Both the position numbers and the translations under genes were made by a program. From a candidate division WWE3 bacterium RAAC2_WWE3_1 (lineage in GTDB: Bacteria > Patescibacteriota > WWE3 > UBA101185 > UBA10185): a DNA stretch of 64,000 bases. Within the stretch, counting starts at the first letter, position 1; each line of letters opens with the position of its first letter. Of the stretch, positions 25,739 through 35,940 are shown in pieces. Under the pieces are notes generated by a model. The model ran no database searches. It worked only from the letters and a program-made list of their open reading frames with translations, and was not told the origin of the DNA. The DNA is taken from NCBI GenBank assembly GCA_000503835.1, contig CP006914.1, forward strand, positions 239,341 to 303,340, read 5' to 3'.

Positions 25739-27568
25739 TCAAATTATCCTTGAAACAGCCCTTCGCCTTAAAGTAGGGTCCAGAATCTTTTTTCTTAATC
25801 TTAGGGACACCGGAGTTATCTCCAAAAGCTCGTCGTCCTCTAAAAGCCCTAAGTACTGCTCTAAACTCATCTCTACCGGCGGAGGAATTGTGATGCCGTC
25901 CTCGCCCGAAGACCTGTTATTGGTCAGTTGCTTCTCTTTACAGACGTTAACTTCCACGTCCTCATCCCGGCCGTTTAGGCCTACTATCATCCCTTGATAG
26001 ACCATTGTCTGCGGTCCGATGAAAACAGGGCCTTTTTCGTGTGCTGGTACAAGTCCGTGCGGTACGGCCTTGCCGCTGTGAGAGGCTATAATAGCGCCTT
26101 TTCTTAGTTTAGGTATGGATGCACCAATTTTCTCGTACCTTGAGAACATTGAACTTAAGACCGCCGTACCTTTTGAAAGGGTTAATAAAACGCTTCTTAA
26201 GCCAAGAATACCCCGCGTAGCTATTTCAAAAACAAGTCTTGAAGATTCTGAAGTAAGCTCTTCCTGGGACATCAAAACTCCGTGTCTTCTTCCCAATTCA
26301 CTTTTTATTGCGCCGAGGTGCATATTTTCAACGTCAATAGTAAGCTCCTCTACAGGTTCCATTTCTACGCCGTCAATAACTTTGGTTATAACTCGGGGTT
26401 TGCCTACACTAAGTTCAAACCCTTCTCTTCGTAGGGTTTCTAGGAATACGGAAAGATGGAGCTCGCCACGTCCGGATAAAACATACTGGCCTTCTTCGAT
26501 TTTAAATTTCATAGCGACGTTTGTTTGAAGCTCCCGTTCTATTCTTTCCAAGATCTGGCGCCCTGTTAAAAATTTACCTTCTTTGCCTAAAAAGGGAGAA
26601 GTATTTGGTCCGATTGATATAGCCAGTGTTGGTTCCTCGATTTTTATAGTGGGCAATGCTTCCGGTGTAGTAGCGTCGCAAACTGTATCTCCGATACCTG
26701 CATTTTTAATTCCGGTTATCGAAACAATATCTCCGGATACGCCTATTTCGGTTTCAACTCTTTTTAAACCCCGATTCACGAAAACTCTCTCAACAATATT
26801 TTTTTCAGGTTTTCCGCCCGATGAGATTAGAACTACAGGCATTCCCGGTTTAACAACACCACGGGTCACCCTTCCGATCGCGTATTTACCTTTATAGTTG
26901 TCCCAGTCCAAAGTTGAGACCAGCATTTGAAAAGGTTCGCTATCCCGTGACTCAGGCTGAGGTACGTGCTTTAGGACAGCCTCAAAAATGGGAGTAAAAT
27001 CGGCAGGAGCAGCGGTCAGTTCTGCAAGTTTCGAGAAATCAAAATCTTTCCAGGCTTTTCCATCCCTACCTATTGCGTAAAGAATAGGAAATTCAAGCTG
27101 GCTTTCGTGCGTTGCCAGTTCCAGAAAAAGATCATATATTTTGTGCAGGGAATTCTTAATCAAGGCGTCTTTTTTATCTATTTTGTTTACAATAACAATT
27201 ATTTTTAAACCCAATTCCAACGCCTTTTTTAAAACGAATTTGGTCTGGGGCATCGGGCCTTCCTGCGAGTCCACTACCAGCAGTGCGCCGTCAGCCATAT
27301 TTAAGGTGCGCTCTACTTCGCCACCGAAATCTGAATGACCGGGCGTGTCTATAATGTTAATTTTTGTATCTTTATAAATAACGGCAGTATTTTTGGCCAA
27401 AATGGTTATGCCTCTCTCGCGTTCCTGGTCGTTGGAGTCCAAAATCAAATCCTGATTCATCTCGGATTCGTTGTCCCTAAAGGTTTTGGACTGCTTCAAC
27501 AATCCATCAACAATGGTGGTTTTTCCGTGGTCGACGTGTGCAATTATGGCTATATTTCTTAGGTTCAT
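25739..27568 (-). CDS. typA: Translational GTPase TypA/BipA
   Basis: RNIAIIAHVDHGKTT, ERGITILAKNT, DTPGHSDFGGEVER, GRGELHL; start ATG 27568. Confidence 0.97.
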   Translation of the reverse strand: MNLRNIAIIAHVDHGKTTIVDGLLKQSKTFRDNESEMNQDLILDSNDQERERGITILAKNTAVIYKDTKINIIDTPGHSDFGGEVERTLNMADGALLVVDSQEGPMPQTKFVLKKALELGLKIIVIVNKIDKKDALIKNSLHKIYDLFLELATHESQLEFPILYAIGRDGKAWKDFDFSKLAELTAAPADFTPIFEAVLKHVPQPESRDSEPFQMLVSTLDWDNYKGKYAIGRVTRGVVKPGMPVVLISSGGKPEKNIVERVFVNRGLKRVETEIGVSGDIVSITGIKNAGIGDTVCDATTPEALPTIKIEEPTLAISIGPNTSPFLGKEGKFLTGRQILERIERELQTNVAMKFKIEEGQYVLSGRGELHLSVFLETLRREGFELSVGKPRVITKVIDGVEMEPVEELTIDVENMHLGAIKSELGRRHGVLMSQEELTSESSRLVFEIATRGILGLRSVLLTLSKGTAVLSSMFSRYEKIGASIPKLRKGAIIASHSGKAVPHGLVPAHEKGPVFIGPQTMVYQGMIVGLNGRDEDVEVNVCKEKQLTNNRSSGEDGITIPPPVEMSLEQYLGLLEDDELLEITPVSLRLRKKILDPTLRRRAVSRII

Positions 27569-27654
27569 AGACAAGCGTTCATTATACACGCTATCGGCAG
27601 TTGCGGTTAATCCGTCATTGACATATCGAAAGCATTTTGGTTTACAATAATAGT

Positions 27655-30600
27655 ATGCAAATAAAAAGGACGTCTGAGCACGGCTTTGCGCACGTTGCTT
27701 TGGTTCTTGCAATTTTACTGACAGCCGGTGCCGTTCTATCCTTCAAAGAAATCCCAAAAGTAAAAGAACTATCACGCACTCTGCTCGGAAAAATTGACCC
27801 GGGGAATGTGCTGTCCCTGGCCACAGGGAGACTTTACTATGTAGACTGTCAAAAGGGAAATGATTCGAACTCAGGAAATTCTGAAGGCTCCCCCTGGAAG
27901 ACATTTTCAAAGGTGAACGGTGTGGCTTTAACGGCCGGTGACGCGGTTTACATAAAACGTGATGGGATCTGCACCGATACCGTAAACGGTGTTTTAAATA
28001 TAACTTCGAGCGGCAACTCGACAGATCAGATATTAATCAGTTCCTACGGTGTCGGTTCTTATCCGAAGATTGTTAAAACGGTAAGCGGGGATGCTATAAA
28101 CGTAAGCGGAGCGTACATTTTAATATCCAATATTCATGTAACAGCCGATCTGTCTACTGTTACAAAAGACTCTGCCTGTCAAAACGGTCCTATAGGGACA
28201 ATGTCGGGCATAAGACTTGATAAAAACTCTCACGACGTGACTGTTAGAAATATTATAGCCTCGAAACTTTACGCCGGTGTATACATTGCAGGTGATCTGA
28301 CAACCGGACCCGTCTCCAGTCGCAACAAAATTTTAAACAGCGTTTTTATAGACAACAAAATGATGAACTCTCAATCAAGCGCGGGTGCCATGGGTGTCTT
28401 AGTTTGGGGTGATGATAACGAAATAGCTTACAACGAGTTTTCGGGTAACGACGCCTGTTCCAGACTTTATACAAGGGATGGCTCGGCTGTCGAAATCTAC
28501 GGGGGAAAGAGAAATAACATCCATCACAACAGAGCTTATAATAACGAGACGTTCTCGGAGCTCGGGCACGTGAGAACGGATAGCAATAAGTTCGGGTACA
28601 ACCTGGTAGTTTCTAAACTTCCTTATTCAAAAGGCTTTGTCACCAGGGGCGGTGGGGACAGCTATGGTCCGGTGCCCAATTCAACATTTTATAACAACAC
28701 GGTATATCTTACAGGATCGACCTCACAGGCTTTCGTATGCGCCGGGGACTGCAATACGACGACATCTCCCGTTTTCACAATCAAGAACAATATTTTTTCC
28801 GGAGCGCAAAAGTCCGCCTATTTCGGAGGCACTTCATTTGTAGAGTCCAATAATATCTTCAACAAAACTCCTGAACCGACATCTTACAGCATTAACGGGT
28901 CGTCCAAAGTGACGGACCCCCAGTTCGCAACTATTGAGGACGCCTATGCCTCAGTTCTGGACTTCCACTTAAAATCTACAAGTCCGGCTGTAAACGCAGG
29001 CACAAGTGATAATGGAGGATATACCACAGATTTGGACGGATCCGGCGTGCCGGTGTCAACAACGGACATAGGAGCTTTTGAATATGGGGCCACCGGCGCA
29101 CCTGCAGGGCCTTCATTTTCTTTTGGCTCTGTAGGTGACCATGGTTACGGAAGTGCTGGCAGCGGGGTGTTTACCAAAGCGTCTCAATCGGGGCTGGATC
29201 TATTTTTGTCACTCGGCGATTTGTCTTACCAATTACCCAGCGGAAAAAATGAATATACTTGGTGCAACGAATACGTCAAGCCTTCATGGGGCAGTAAGCC
29301 TTTCTCGATTATTGCCGGAGGGCACGAAAATGGCGTGGATAACGCCGGGAACGGTGTCATAGATTATTTCGTTGACGACACCTGTCTTCCTGACCGAGTG
29401 AACGGTGTTCAGTCTCCTAATTTAGGTACCGGAGGCTCACCTACAGGAACAGACAACATAGGCAAGGAATTTTATTTCGACTATCCGGCTGAAAATCCTA
29501 CAACCAGGTTCATTTTAGTAGATCCGAAGATGAATTTCTTATATGGCGGGTTGTACACTTTTTCGGTCGGAAACGAAAGATACAACTGGCTCAGTGACAG
29601 GATAGATGAAGCTCGTGTTTTAGGCCGTAAATGGATTATCGTGGCTAACCATGAAAATTATATAAGCAGTGGTATTAAAAGCGATGAGATAGGGTCGGAC
29701 TACTTTAACCTTGTTATGAAAAAGAGGCCCGATTTGTTACTACAGGGGCATGACCACAATTACCAAAGAGGTAAACAACTCTATCTGAATTCTTCGTGCC
29801 CATCCATATCGGCATCAACATCAACCGCAGGAAATTCAGCGTGCATTGTTTCCGGATCACTGGGCGGGGACGGACCTAATTACTCAAAAGGTCTCGGAAC
29901 AGTGTTGGTAATAAACGGTTCCGGCGGCGTAGGACACTACACTCTAAGCAGTTCTTCCGATGTTCACTACAATTACTTTGCGGCGAGAAACGATACGGCG
30001 TTCGGGTTTTCTAAATTTACGGTAACACCGAGCGGTATTACATCGTCGTATGTTGACAAAGCAACAACCTCTCCGTTCACCGATACCTTTTCCATCTCTG
30101 TCTCCGGAAGCACCGTGACCCCTCCGCCTCCTCCGGAAGCTGATACGACTGCTCCAAGTACACCTACGAACTTAACGGCGGCCGTAGTGTCCTCCACCCA
30201 GATTAACTTAACCTGGTCCGCGTCAACTGATAACGTGGGAGTTACAGGATATGAAGTTTATCGAAACGGTGTTAAAGCGGGAACGGTTACTTCTACGTCT
30301 TACAACAGTACCGGCCTGACCGCTTCTACAGCCTACAATTACTACGTTAGAGCTTTTGACGCCGCCTCAAACTTTTCTTCTGCCTCTACTACTGTAAGTG
30401 CAACAACACAATCTGCTCCTGATACATCCGCTCCCACACCGCCGGCAAATCTAACCGGGACTGTGGTATCGCAGTCGCAAATTAACCTGACGTGGACACC
30501 TTCCTCGGATAATGTGGGGGTTACAGGCTACGATGTGTACAGAAATAATACTAAGGTCGGGACTGTAACATCGGCGTCTTATACTAATACAGGACTTACG

Positions 30601-31248
30601 GCAGGTACTACTTACACTTTCTTTATTAAGGCGTTCGACGCGGCCGGTAATGTTTCGGGGGCATCCAATACTGTAAGTGCTACCACTTTCGCTGCCCCAG
30701 ATACAACTGCACCGACTGCTCCCGCGAACTTAATTGCGACTGTAATATCTTCTACACAAATAAATCTGACCTGGTCCGCATCAACCGATGATGTCGGTGT
30801 AACGGCATATGAGGTGTACAGGGACAATGTAAAGGTCGCAACGATAACAACAACCGGTTACGGGGATGCTACGAGATCTCCGGCAACAACTTATTACTAC
30901 TACGTCAAGGCCCGTGATGCCGCAGGAAATCTATCGACGGCCAGTGCTACTGTAGCTGCGACAACTCTTCCGCAGGTAACCACCATAGCTTCCGTTCACG
31001 GTACGGTTTTTTCGTCTTCAAATACGCCGATATATTTAGGTAAGATTACGGTAATAAAAGACGGAGTTAGTAAGTCGAAGAAAACTTACTATACTGATTC
31101 AAAAGGTGCGTTTTCGATTCCAAATCTGACTACCGGCACGTACAAAGTGACATACTCGGCTAAACAGCACGTTTCACAGAGCGAAAGTGTGGTAATAACA
31201 AGTACAACAACCGACATCACTAAAAATATTATTTTACAAAGGAGATAA
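27655..31248 (+). CDS. Multidomain surface enzyme: right-handed beta-helix, metallophosphoesterase, three FN3, carboxypeptidase-regulatory-like domain
   Basis: YYVD...GNDSNSG.S...PWKT; GD, GDLSY, GGHE, NHE, GHDHNY; three DTTAP..P.NL...INLTW.ASTDNVGVTGY units. Confidence 0.85.
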   Translation: MQIKRTSEHGFAHVALVLAILLTAGAVLSFKEIPKVKELSRTLLGKIDPGNVLSLATGRLYYVDCQKGNDSNSGNSEGSPWKTFSKVNGVALTAGDAVYIKRDGICTDTVNGVLNITSSGNSTDQILISSYGVGSYPKIVKTVSGDAINVSGAYILISNIHVTADLSTVTKDSACQNGPIGTMSGIRLDKNSHDVTVRNIIASKLYAGVYIAGDLTTGPVSSRNKILNSVFIDNKMMNSQSSAGAMGVLVWGDDNEIAYNEFSGNDACSRLYTRDGSAVEIYGGKRNNIHHNRAYNNETFSELGHVRTDSNKFGYNLVVSKLPYSKGFVTRGGGDSYGPVPNSTFYNNTVYLTGSTSQAFVCAGDCNTTTSPVFTIKNNIFSGAQKSAYFGGTSFVESNNIFNKTPEPTSYSINGSSKVTDPQFATIEDAYASVLDFHLKSTSPAVNAGTSDNGGYTTDLDGSGVPVSTTDIGAFEYGATGAPAGPSFSFGSVGDHGYGSAGSGVFTKASQSGLDLFLSLGDLSYQLPSGKNEYTWCNEYVKPSWGSKPFSIIAGGHENGVDNAGNGVIDYFVDDTCLPDRVNGVQSPNLGTGGSPTGTDNIGKEFYFDYPAENPTTRFILVDPKMNFLYGGLYTFSVGNERYNWLSDRIDEARVLGRKWIIVANHENYISSGIKSDEIGSDYFNLVMKKRPDLLLQGHDHNYQRGKQLYLNSSCPSISASTSTAGNSACIVSGSLGGDGPNYSKGLGTVLVINGSGGVGHYTLSSSSDVHYNYFAARNDTAFGFSKFTVTPSGITSSYVDKATTSPFTDTFSISVSGSTVTPPPPPEADTTAPSTPTNLTAAVVSSTQINLTWSASTDNVGVTGYEVYRNGVKAGTVTSTSYNSTGLTASTAYNYYVRAFDAASNFSSASTTVSATTQSAPDTSAPTPPANLTGTVVSQSQINLTWTPSSDNVGVTGYDVYRNNTKVGTVTSASYTNTGLTAGTTYTFFIKAFDAAGNVSGASNTVSATTFAAPDTTAPTAPANLIATVISSTQINLTWSASTDDVGVTAYEVYRDNVKVATITTTGYGDATRSPATTYYYYVKARDAAGNLSTASATVAATTLPQVTTIASVHGTVFSSSNTPIYLGKITVIKDGVSKSKKTYYTDSKGAFSIPNLTTGTYKVTYSAKQHVSQSESVVITSTTTDITKNIILQRR

Positions 31249-31251
31249 CAA

Positions 31252-31680
31252 ATGAGTACATGCAAAGAAAAGGGTAATATCCTGCTCATGCTGGTAATTT
31301 TGGTAGCGGTTGTAGGCGGAGCGGTCTTGCTGTATCCCAAATACTTTCCGGCTAAGGAGGCCGTAGTTCAGGAGAACGTAGTGCTTCAGGGTGCTGATTT
31401 TGACATGCCTTTAGTTGAAATCAGAGTGACGTCCAAAGGGTTTGAACCGGCAGTTATAACTATAAAAAAAGGAGCAAGGGTCACGTGGGTAAATTCAGAC
31501 AAAATTGCACACAACTTGCTCTCGGTAGAAAACTTCGCAGCCAATAAAATAGATATTGATCTTGATGAAGTTTTGGAACCGGAAGATTCGTTGGAAATAC
31601 CTTTCGAGCAATCGGGGGTTTTTAAGTACGAGGACAAGGATAATCCGGAGGGCTACCAAGGTGTTGTCACGGTTGAGTAG
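31252..31680 (+). CDS. Membrane-anchored cupredoxin-fold protein
   Basis: GFEPAVITIKKGARVTWVNSD..HN; FEQSGVFKY...GVVTVE. Confidence 0.8.
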   Translation: MSTCKEKGNILLMLVILVAVVGGAVLLYPKYFPAKEAVVQENVVLQGADFDMPLVEIRVTSKGFEPAVITIKKGARVTWVNSDKIAHNLLSVENFAANKIDIDLDEVLEPEDSLEIPFEQSGVFKYEDKDNPEGYQGVVTVE

Positions 31681-31749
31681 GTGATAAAAGCTTCGCTTCG
31701 GCTACGTCATTAGTCAGGCGGCAAGACCGTGGAATGTCAGTTCGTAAAG

Positions 31750-33147
31750 TTACTCTCTTTCTCCTGCCCAGGTCTTTGCAAGTTTCAGTGCAGAGGTAAC
31801 GGCCGGGTCTATGATTTTCATTACTCTCCCCATCTCCGGTGAATCACCGAATTTGTGGTACATGCCATGTCCCACTTGATTCAATTCCTTAGAAGTAAGA
31901 GGCATTTTTTGGATGCAGACGTTTTTTATGCCGAACTCTTCAAAAAGGGCACCGAGTTCCAATATATCCTCGTCTGGTACATCGTCCGGAAGTCTCACAA
32001 CAACGGGATATTCAAAATTAATTTTTTCCTGTGTAATTTCACCTGTGGAATCATTTACCAGATCTATGTCTACATTCAAAGATTCGTGCAGAGTTTCGTT
32101 ATTAGCAACATTTAAAAAGTTTCGTATTCCGCCAAAATCCACACCCAGGGTCATTCCGGTCCACTCCATTTTTTCATTTAAAATCCTGAGCGCCGACCCT
32201 TTCCTCTCGTATAACGCAGCTTCTGCGGCTTTGTCACTTTTCTCCTGCCAGGAAGCTCCGAAATTATCCAGCTCCAGGGGAACGGTTTGTTGTAGGGATT
32301 TTATCCAATCTTTTACTTCCTGAGGTGTATATGATTTTACCTCGACAGCTCCCACAATCTTGCCTCGACGATCCTTTAAAAAAGCATCAGGAAGAGTAGT
32401 TGCTTCGTACGGAAGCTCGGCATGGTGTTCGATAAGATTTTTTATATTTGCGTTGTACTTATTACTCGTAACTTTTAATGCTTCATTCAATAAACGGTTT
32501 TGCGTACTTTTCTTTTTACCTTCGAGTCCGTGTTCCTGTTCTTTTATATTCCATCTTATTAGTTCGTCTCTGGTAACACCACTTCGTGCCTGAGGATTTT
32601 TACTAACCCATTTTCTTTCAATCTCATCATAGTTGATAAGTGTAGAAATTGTGTCCTTTTTAAGAGTTTCTATCTCGTCAGCGGTTATAAATCCTGACTC
32701 TCCTTGTTTCGGAACGATTTCATGGGCTTCCTTGTTAAAATAGTAATTGAGAAGAGCGATGTCTTTTCTTGAACTGCCCAGCTCGTTGAAAAAATCATAA
32801 GGGTCTACGATCTCGGAGTTCGGAATAAAGATCATCGCGCCGTAAATTGTTTCACATTCGGAAAGTCCCATCGACTTGCTAATTAACTCCCCTGTAAATC
32901 CCCTGACTTCCCCAACAGCCTTTATAATTTTCCTGTCCGTATCGTCTTCAGAGATTCTATCTACGGCGTTACTTATAATGGAAAGAAGTTCTTTTGGATG
33001 TCTGCCCCCCGAGTGCGCCTCGCCGGAATAAATATAATTTTCAGCTTTGCTTTTTAACTCCTCTTTCTCTTCTTCTGTAAATTTTTCTGCCAGATGAATT
33101 GTCGAAGATTCTTGTTCGTAATCCGTTGCTATGGTCTCTACAGGCAT
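31750..33147 (-). CDS. Hypothetical protein with possible PD-(D/E)xK nuclease motif
   Basis: 465-aa ORF; LPDAFL...VGAVEVKS. Confidence 0.7.
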   Translation of the reverse strand: MPVETIATDYEQESSTIHLAEKFTEEEKEELKSKAENYIYSGEAHSGGRHPKELLSIISNAVDRISEDDTDRKIIKAVGEVRGFTGELISKSMGLSECETIYGAMIFIPNSEIVDPYDFFNELGSSRKDIALLNYYFNKEAHEIVPKQGESGFITADEIETLKKDTISTLINYDEIERKWVSKNPQARSGVTRDELIRWNIKEQEHGLEGKKKSTQNRLLNEALKVTSNKYNANIKNLIEHHAELPYEATTLPDAFLKDRRGKIVGAVEVKSYTPQEVKDWIKSLQQTVPLELDNFGASWQEKSDKAAEAALYERKGSALRILNEKMEWTGMTLGVDFGGIRNFLNVANNETLHESLNVDIDLVNDSTGEITQEKINFEYPVVVRLPDDVPDEDILELGALFEEFGIKNVCIQKMPLTSKELNQVGHGMYHKFGDSPEMGRVMKIIDPAVTSALKLAKTWAGERE

Positions 33148-33194
33148 GCATGAATTATATACATAAAATACAGCCCGTTGCTATAATATGGTAA

Positions 33195-34400
33195 GTGAAA
33201 AATCTGCCCGTCCTGAATTCCTTAAAATTTATTGGATCTACCGCTCTGTTTCTTGTAGTAATAGCAGGATTGGTGTATCAGCATGTCCGGCTCAATAATG
33301 CAGAAAAATCTTTGTCGGTTATTAAGGCGTCACAGACTAATTTACGGGAAAATTTCTCCGACGCTCTTTTCGAAGACCACTTAAAAGTTACCAACTCCAT
33401 GGTATCGGGGGCGAAACTCACTTCACTGCAGAACGAGCTTGAGACGCTAAAAGCCAAAGAAACAACCGACGAAAAAACGATAAAAGATGTGTACGACTCT
33501 CTAATAATACTTGAGCAGAAAATAAACAGGAACGTGAAAGCCGGATTAAAGTCGCCCGACCTTACAGAACAAAAAGATTCATGGGGCAGCTTTCTAATAG
33601 AAAAGGATTTTGCTTCGATAATGACAGGTATCAACGAACAGACCGCACTTTTGGACAAAGACTATTCGGTTTATCTGACCAAGTTGGAGCAAACAAGGGT
33701 AGCGGCATCAGGGTATAGTTATCAAACGGTTCAAACTGAACGTGGTACCTTTGGAGCCCATGTTATAAAAATTCCTTTGAATGAAATAAAAGTAAAGACA
33801 GTTTCAGCATCCTCCGGTTCCTGTTCTAATGACTGTGACACTAAGAGTCTTGCCGATTACGTCAAAGGTAGCGGAGGATTTGCCGGAATGAACGGATCGT
33901 ATTTCTGTCCTCCCGACTATGCTTCGTGCGATGGAAAAGTGAATTCTTTTGACTTCGCTCTGTACGACAGCAATGACGGAAAATGGGAACATAAAGACGC
34001 TCTTACCTGGTTTGAAACAGGACTTATAACCTTTAACGGGAGCACCCCTTCCTTTTATAAAGAAACCTCAGATTATGGCGGAGGAGGAGTTACCGCCGGA
34101 ATCTCTAATTACCCCGCGCTTGTTAAAGACGGCGACATCGTAGTAGACGAAGACGAACTTACGTCTTTTCAAAAAGACATTAAAGGCCCGAGGGGAGTCA
34201 TCGGAGTAGGCGGGGAGAATTTGTACCTTGCAATAATAAACGGAGCGAACGTAATCGACGCCGCTTACGTTATCAGATCTCTCGGTGCGAAACACGCTCT
34301 GAACCTTGACGGGGGCGGTTCATCAGCTATGTATATAAACGGTAAATACATTGTGGGGCCCGGGAGAAGTTTACCTAACGCAATTGTCCTGACTAAGTAA
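33195..34400 (+). CDS. Phosphodiester glycosidase (NAGPA/DUF2233) family protein
   Basis: AGMNGSYF, PRGVIG, ALNLDGGGSSAM; N-terminal TM and coiled coil. Confidence 0.85.
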   Translation: MKNLPVLNSLKFIGSTALFLVVIAGLVYQHVRLNNAEKSLSVIKASQTNLRENFSDALFEDHLKVTNSMVSGAKLTSLQNELETLKAKETTDEKTIKDVYDSLIILEQKINRNVKAGLKSPDLTEQKDSWGSFLIEKDFASIMTGINEQTALLDKDYSVYLTKLEQTRVAASGYSYQTVQTERGTFGAHVIKIPLNEIKVKTVSASSGSCSNDCDTKSLADYVKGSGGFAGMNGSYFCPPDYASCDGKVNSFDFALYDSNDGKWEHKDALTWFETGLITFNGSTPSFYKETSDYGGGGVTAGISNYPALVKDGDIVVDEDELTSFQKDIKGPRGVIGVGGENLYLAIINGANVIDAAYVIRSLGAKHALNLDGGGSSAMYINGKYIVGPGRSLPNAIVLTK

Positions 34401-34452
34401 AAGGTTATTCCAGCGATTTGACATATTGAAGAAAATTGCCCAGAATTATTAA

Positions 34453-35178
34453 ATGGCAAATAAAAATTCCCACAAACAAATATCTATATATAGTTTTTCT
34501 TTTTTAGTAGTACTCGGGCTAATGCTCGCATTTTCTGGGTCACTGTACGGCAGCTATAGGCTTTCTAAAGCCGTAGCAGAAGAGAACCCGACAGTTTTAT
34601 CAGATGAAGACGATAGAGAAGACAGCGGGGACGAAAGTAACGATTCAGATGATGATAACGAGATCGACGATGTTGATGAAAACGATGATTCCGACGATAA
34701 AGACGGTTCTGACGACATCGACGAAGCAGACGATATAGACGGGGACGAATTAGAAGATTCGGATGAACCTGAGGACGAAGATGAACCGGAAGACGGGGAC
34801 GAATTGGATGACAACGATGAAGATGAAAGCCTGAAAGATGAACTTGAGAGCTTTGTCGAATCCCAGAAAGATCTTCAGGAAGAGTCTATCGACCAGCTTG
34901 AAAAAATCTCAGAAAGAGGCGGTGTTACTAGGTTCTTGATAGGACCCAATTTTGAGTCGATCAGAAAGCTTCAGGAAGTCATAGACGCCAACACGAGGAT
35001 GCTAGCGCAGATACAGCAAATAAGAAGCGGGACGATAACCCCTGAAGAACAACAGGCTTTAGATACACTTTCAAGCTCGATTGAGAACCAGAATCAAGTC
35101 ATCAATAACCAGCTCAGTGAACAGGAAGGCAGTTTTTCGCTGTTCGGTTGGTTAGTACGTTTGCTGTCCAGAGATTAA
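34453..35178 (+). CDS. Membrane-anchored protein with Asp/Glu-rich linker and helical C-terminus
   Basis: TM, long acidic tract, RFLIGPNF...FSLFGWL. Confidence 0.8.
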   Translation: MANKNSHKQISIYSFSFLVVLGLMLAFSGSLYGSYRLSKAVAEENPTVLSDEDDREDSGDESNDSDDDNEIDDVDENDDSDDKDGSDDIDEADDIDGDELEDSDEPEDEDEPEDGDELDDNDEDESLKDELESFVESQKDLQEESIDQLEKISERGGVTRFLIGPNFESIRKLQEVIDANTRMLAQIQQIRSGTITPEEQQALDTLSSSIENQNQVINNQLSEQEGSFSLFGWLVRLLSRD

Positions 35179-35183
35179 AAAAA

Positions 35184-35233
35184 GAGGCCTCATTGCAGAA
35201 AAAGATCGGTTCTGATCCTTGTGCTTTGAGGCC
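35184..35233. terminator. Stem-loop between convergent genes
   Basis: GGCCTCA...TGAGGCC outer stem with inner AAAGATC/GATCCTTT pairing. Confidence 0.55.
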
Positions 35234-35239
35234 AATTAG

Positions 35240-35539
35240 TTAGCGAACCCGTAAGTTATCCAAAGCCCTGGCCACGCTCTCCCTAATGTCTTTGGCGGTC
35301 AGGGTAGCCGGTTCCTCACTACCACTAGCGTTAATTACCCACGTGAAAACTTCAAGGTGGGTTCTGGTGAGAGCGGCAGTGATTGCCACTATAGGATAAC
35401 CCGGAACATTTGGGTCAGTTGCGCTGCCGTACACTATCGCTTCGAGAGATCCGGGAGCAATGATGTTCACCGTATCCGTTATGAGACGTACCAAAGCTAA
35501 CGCGTCCTGTTTGTTCTTATCCACCGAGCTTACGTCCAT
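35240..35539 (-). CDS. Small hypothetical protein
   Basis: Strong SD GAAGGAGGAG; 99-aa ORF. Confidence 0.6.
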   Translation of the reverse strand: MDVSSVDKNKQDALALVRLITDTVNIIAPGSLEAIVYGSATDPNVPGYPIVAITAALTRTHLEVFTWVINASGSEEPATLTAKDIRESVARALDNLRVR

Positions 35540-35620
35540 TTCTCCTCCTTCTTGTTGTTATTTTCCGCTATACTACCTCAACTTTCCTCAAAAATCAACC
35601 CATAGCGTTGAATAATTCTA

Positions 35621-35673
35621 TTGACGCCGGGCTGAAGGAGAACTAAACTCTACTTAATATTCGGGTTTCCTTC
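35621..35673 (+). promoter_or_regulatory. sigma70 promoter TTGACG-17-TAAACT overlapped by inverted repeat GAAGGAGAAC...GGTTTCCTTC
   Basis: Read directly; lies upstream of the dinB operon. Confidence 0.6.
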
Positions 35674-35679
35674 GTATCT

Positions 35680-35940
35680 ATGATAACAAAAGTGAAAACG
35701 CCGGTATCTATTATAGCCGTATATGACCATAAAAAGAGGAATTTTAGACCCTCTGTGGTCATTTGGGAGGGGCACCGGCATAAAATCGTAAAGTTAGGCT
35801 ACCACCACACTTTCCGTGGCGGAAAAACCCTTTTTCACGTGTTTTCGGGTGCCGCCGAAACCATTTTCTTTAAATTGGTCCTAAATACCGATGATTTGTC
35901 CTGGGAAGTGGAGGAAGTGTCCGATGGACAGGCTGACTAA
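35680..35940 (+). CDS. Small beta-rich protein co-transcribed with DinB (DUF6504-like)
   Basis: P....W.G..HKI...HVFS.....FKLVL....LSW pattern; overlaps the dinB start. Confidence 0.7.
   Translation: MITKVKTPVSIIAVYDHKKRNFRPSVVIWEGHRHKIVKLGYHHTFRGGKTLFHVFSGAAETIFFKLVLNTDDLSWEVEEVSDGQAD

Noticed and set aside
27569-27712. N-terminal extension of typA (likewise ORF-track starts 6305, 7706, 21584, 22121, 35891, 56093)
   Set aside because: The extensions overlap promoters, leaders or neighbouring genes; family homology begins at downstream ATGs.
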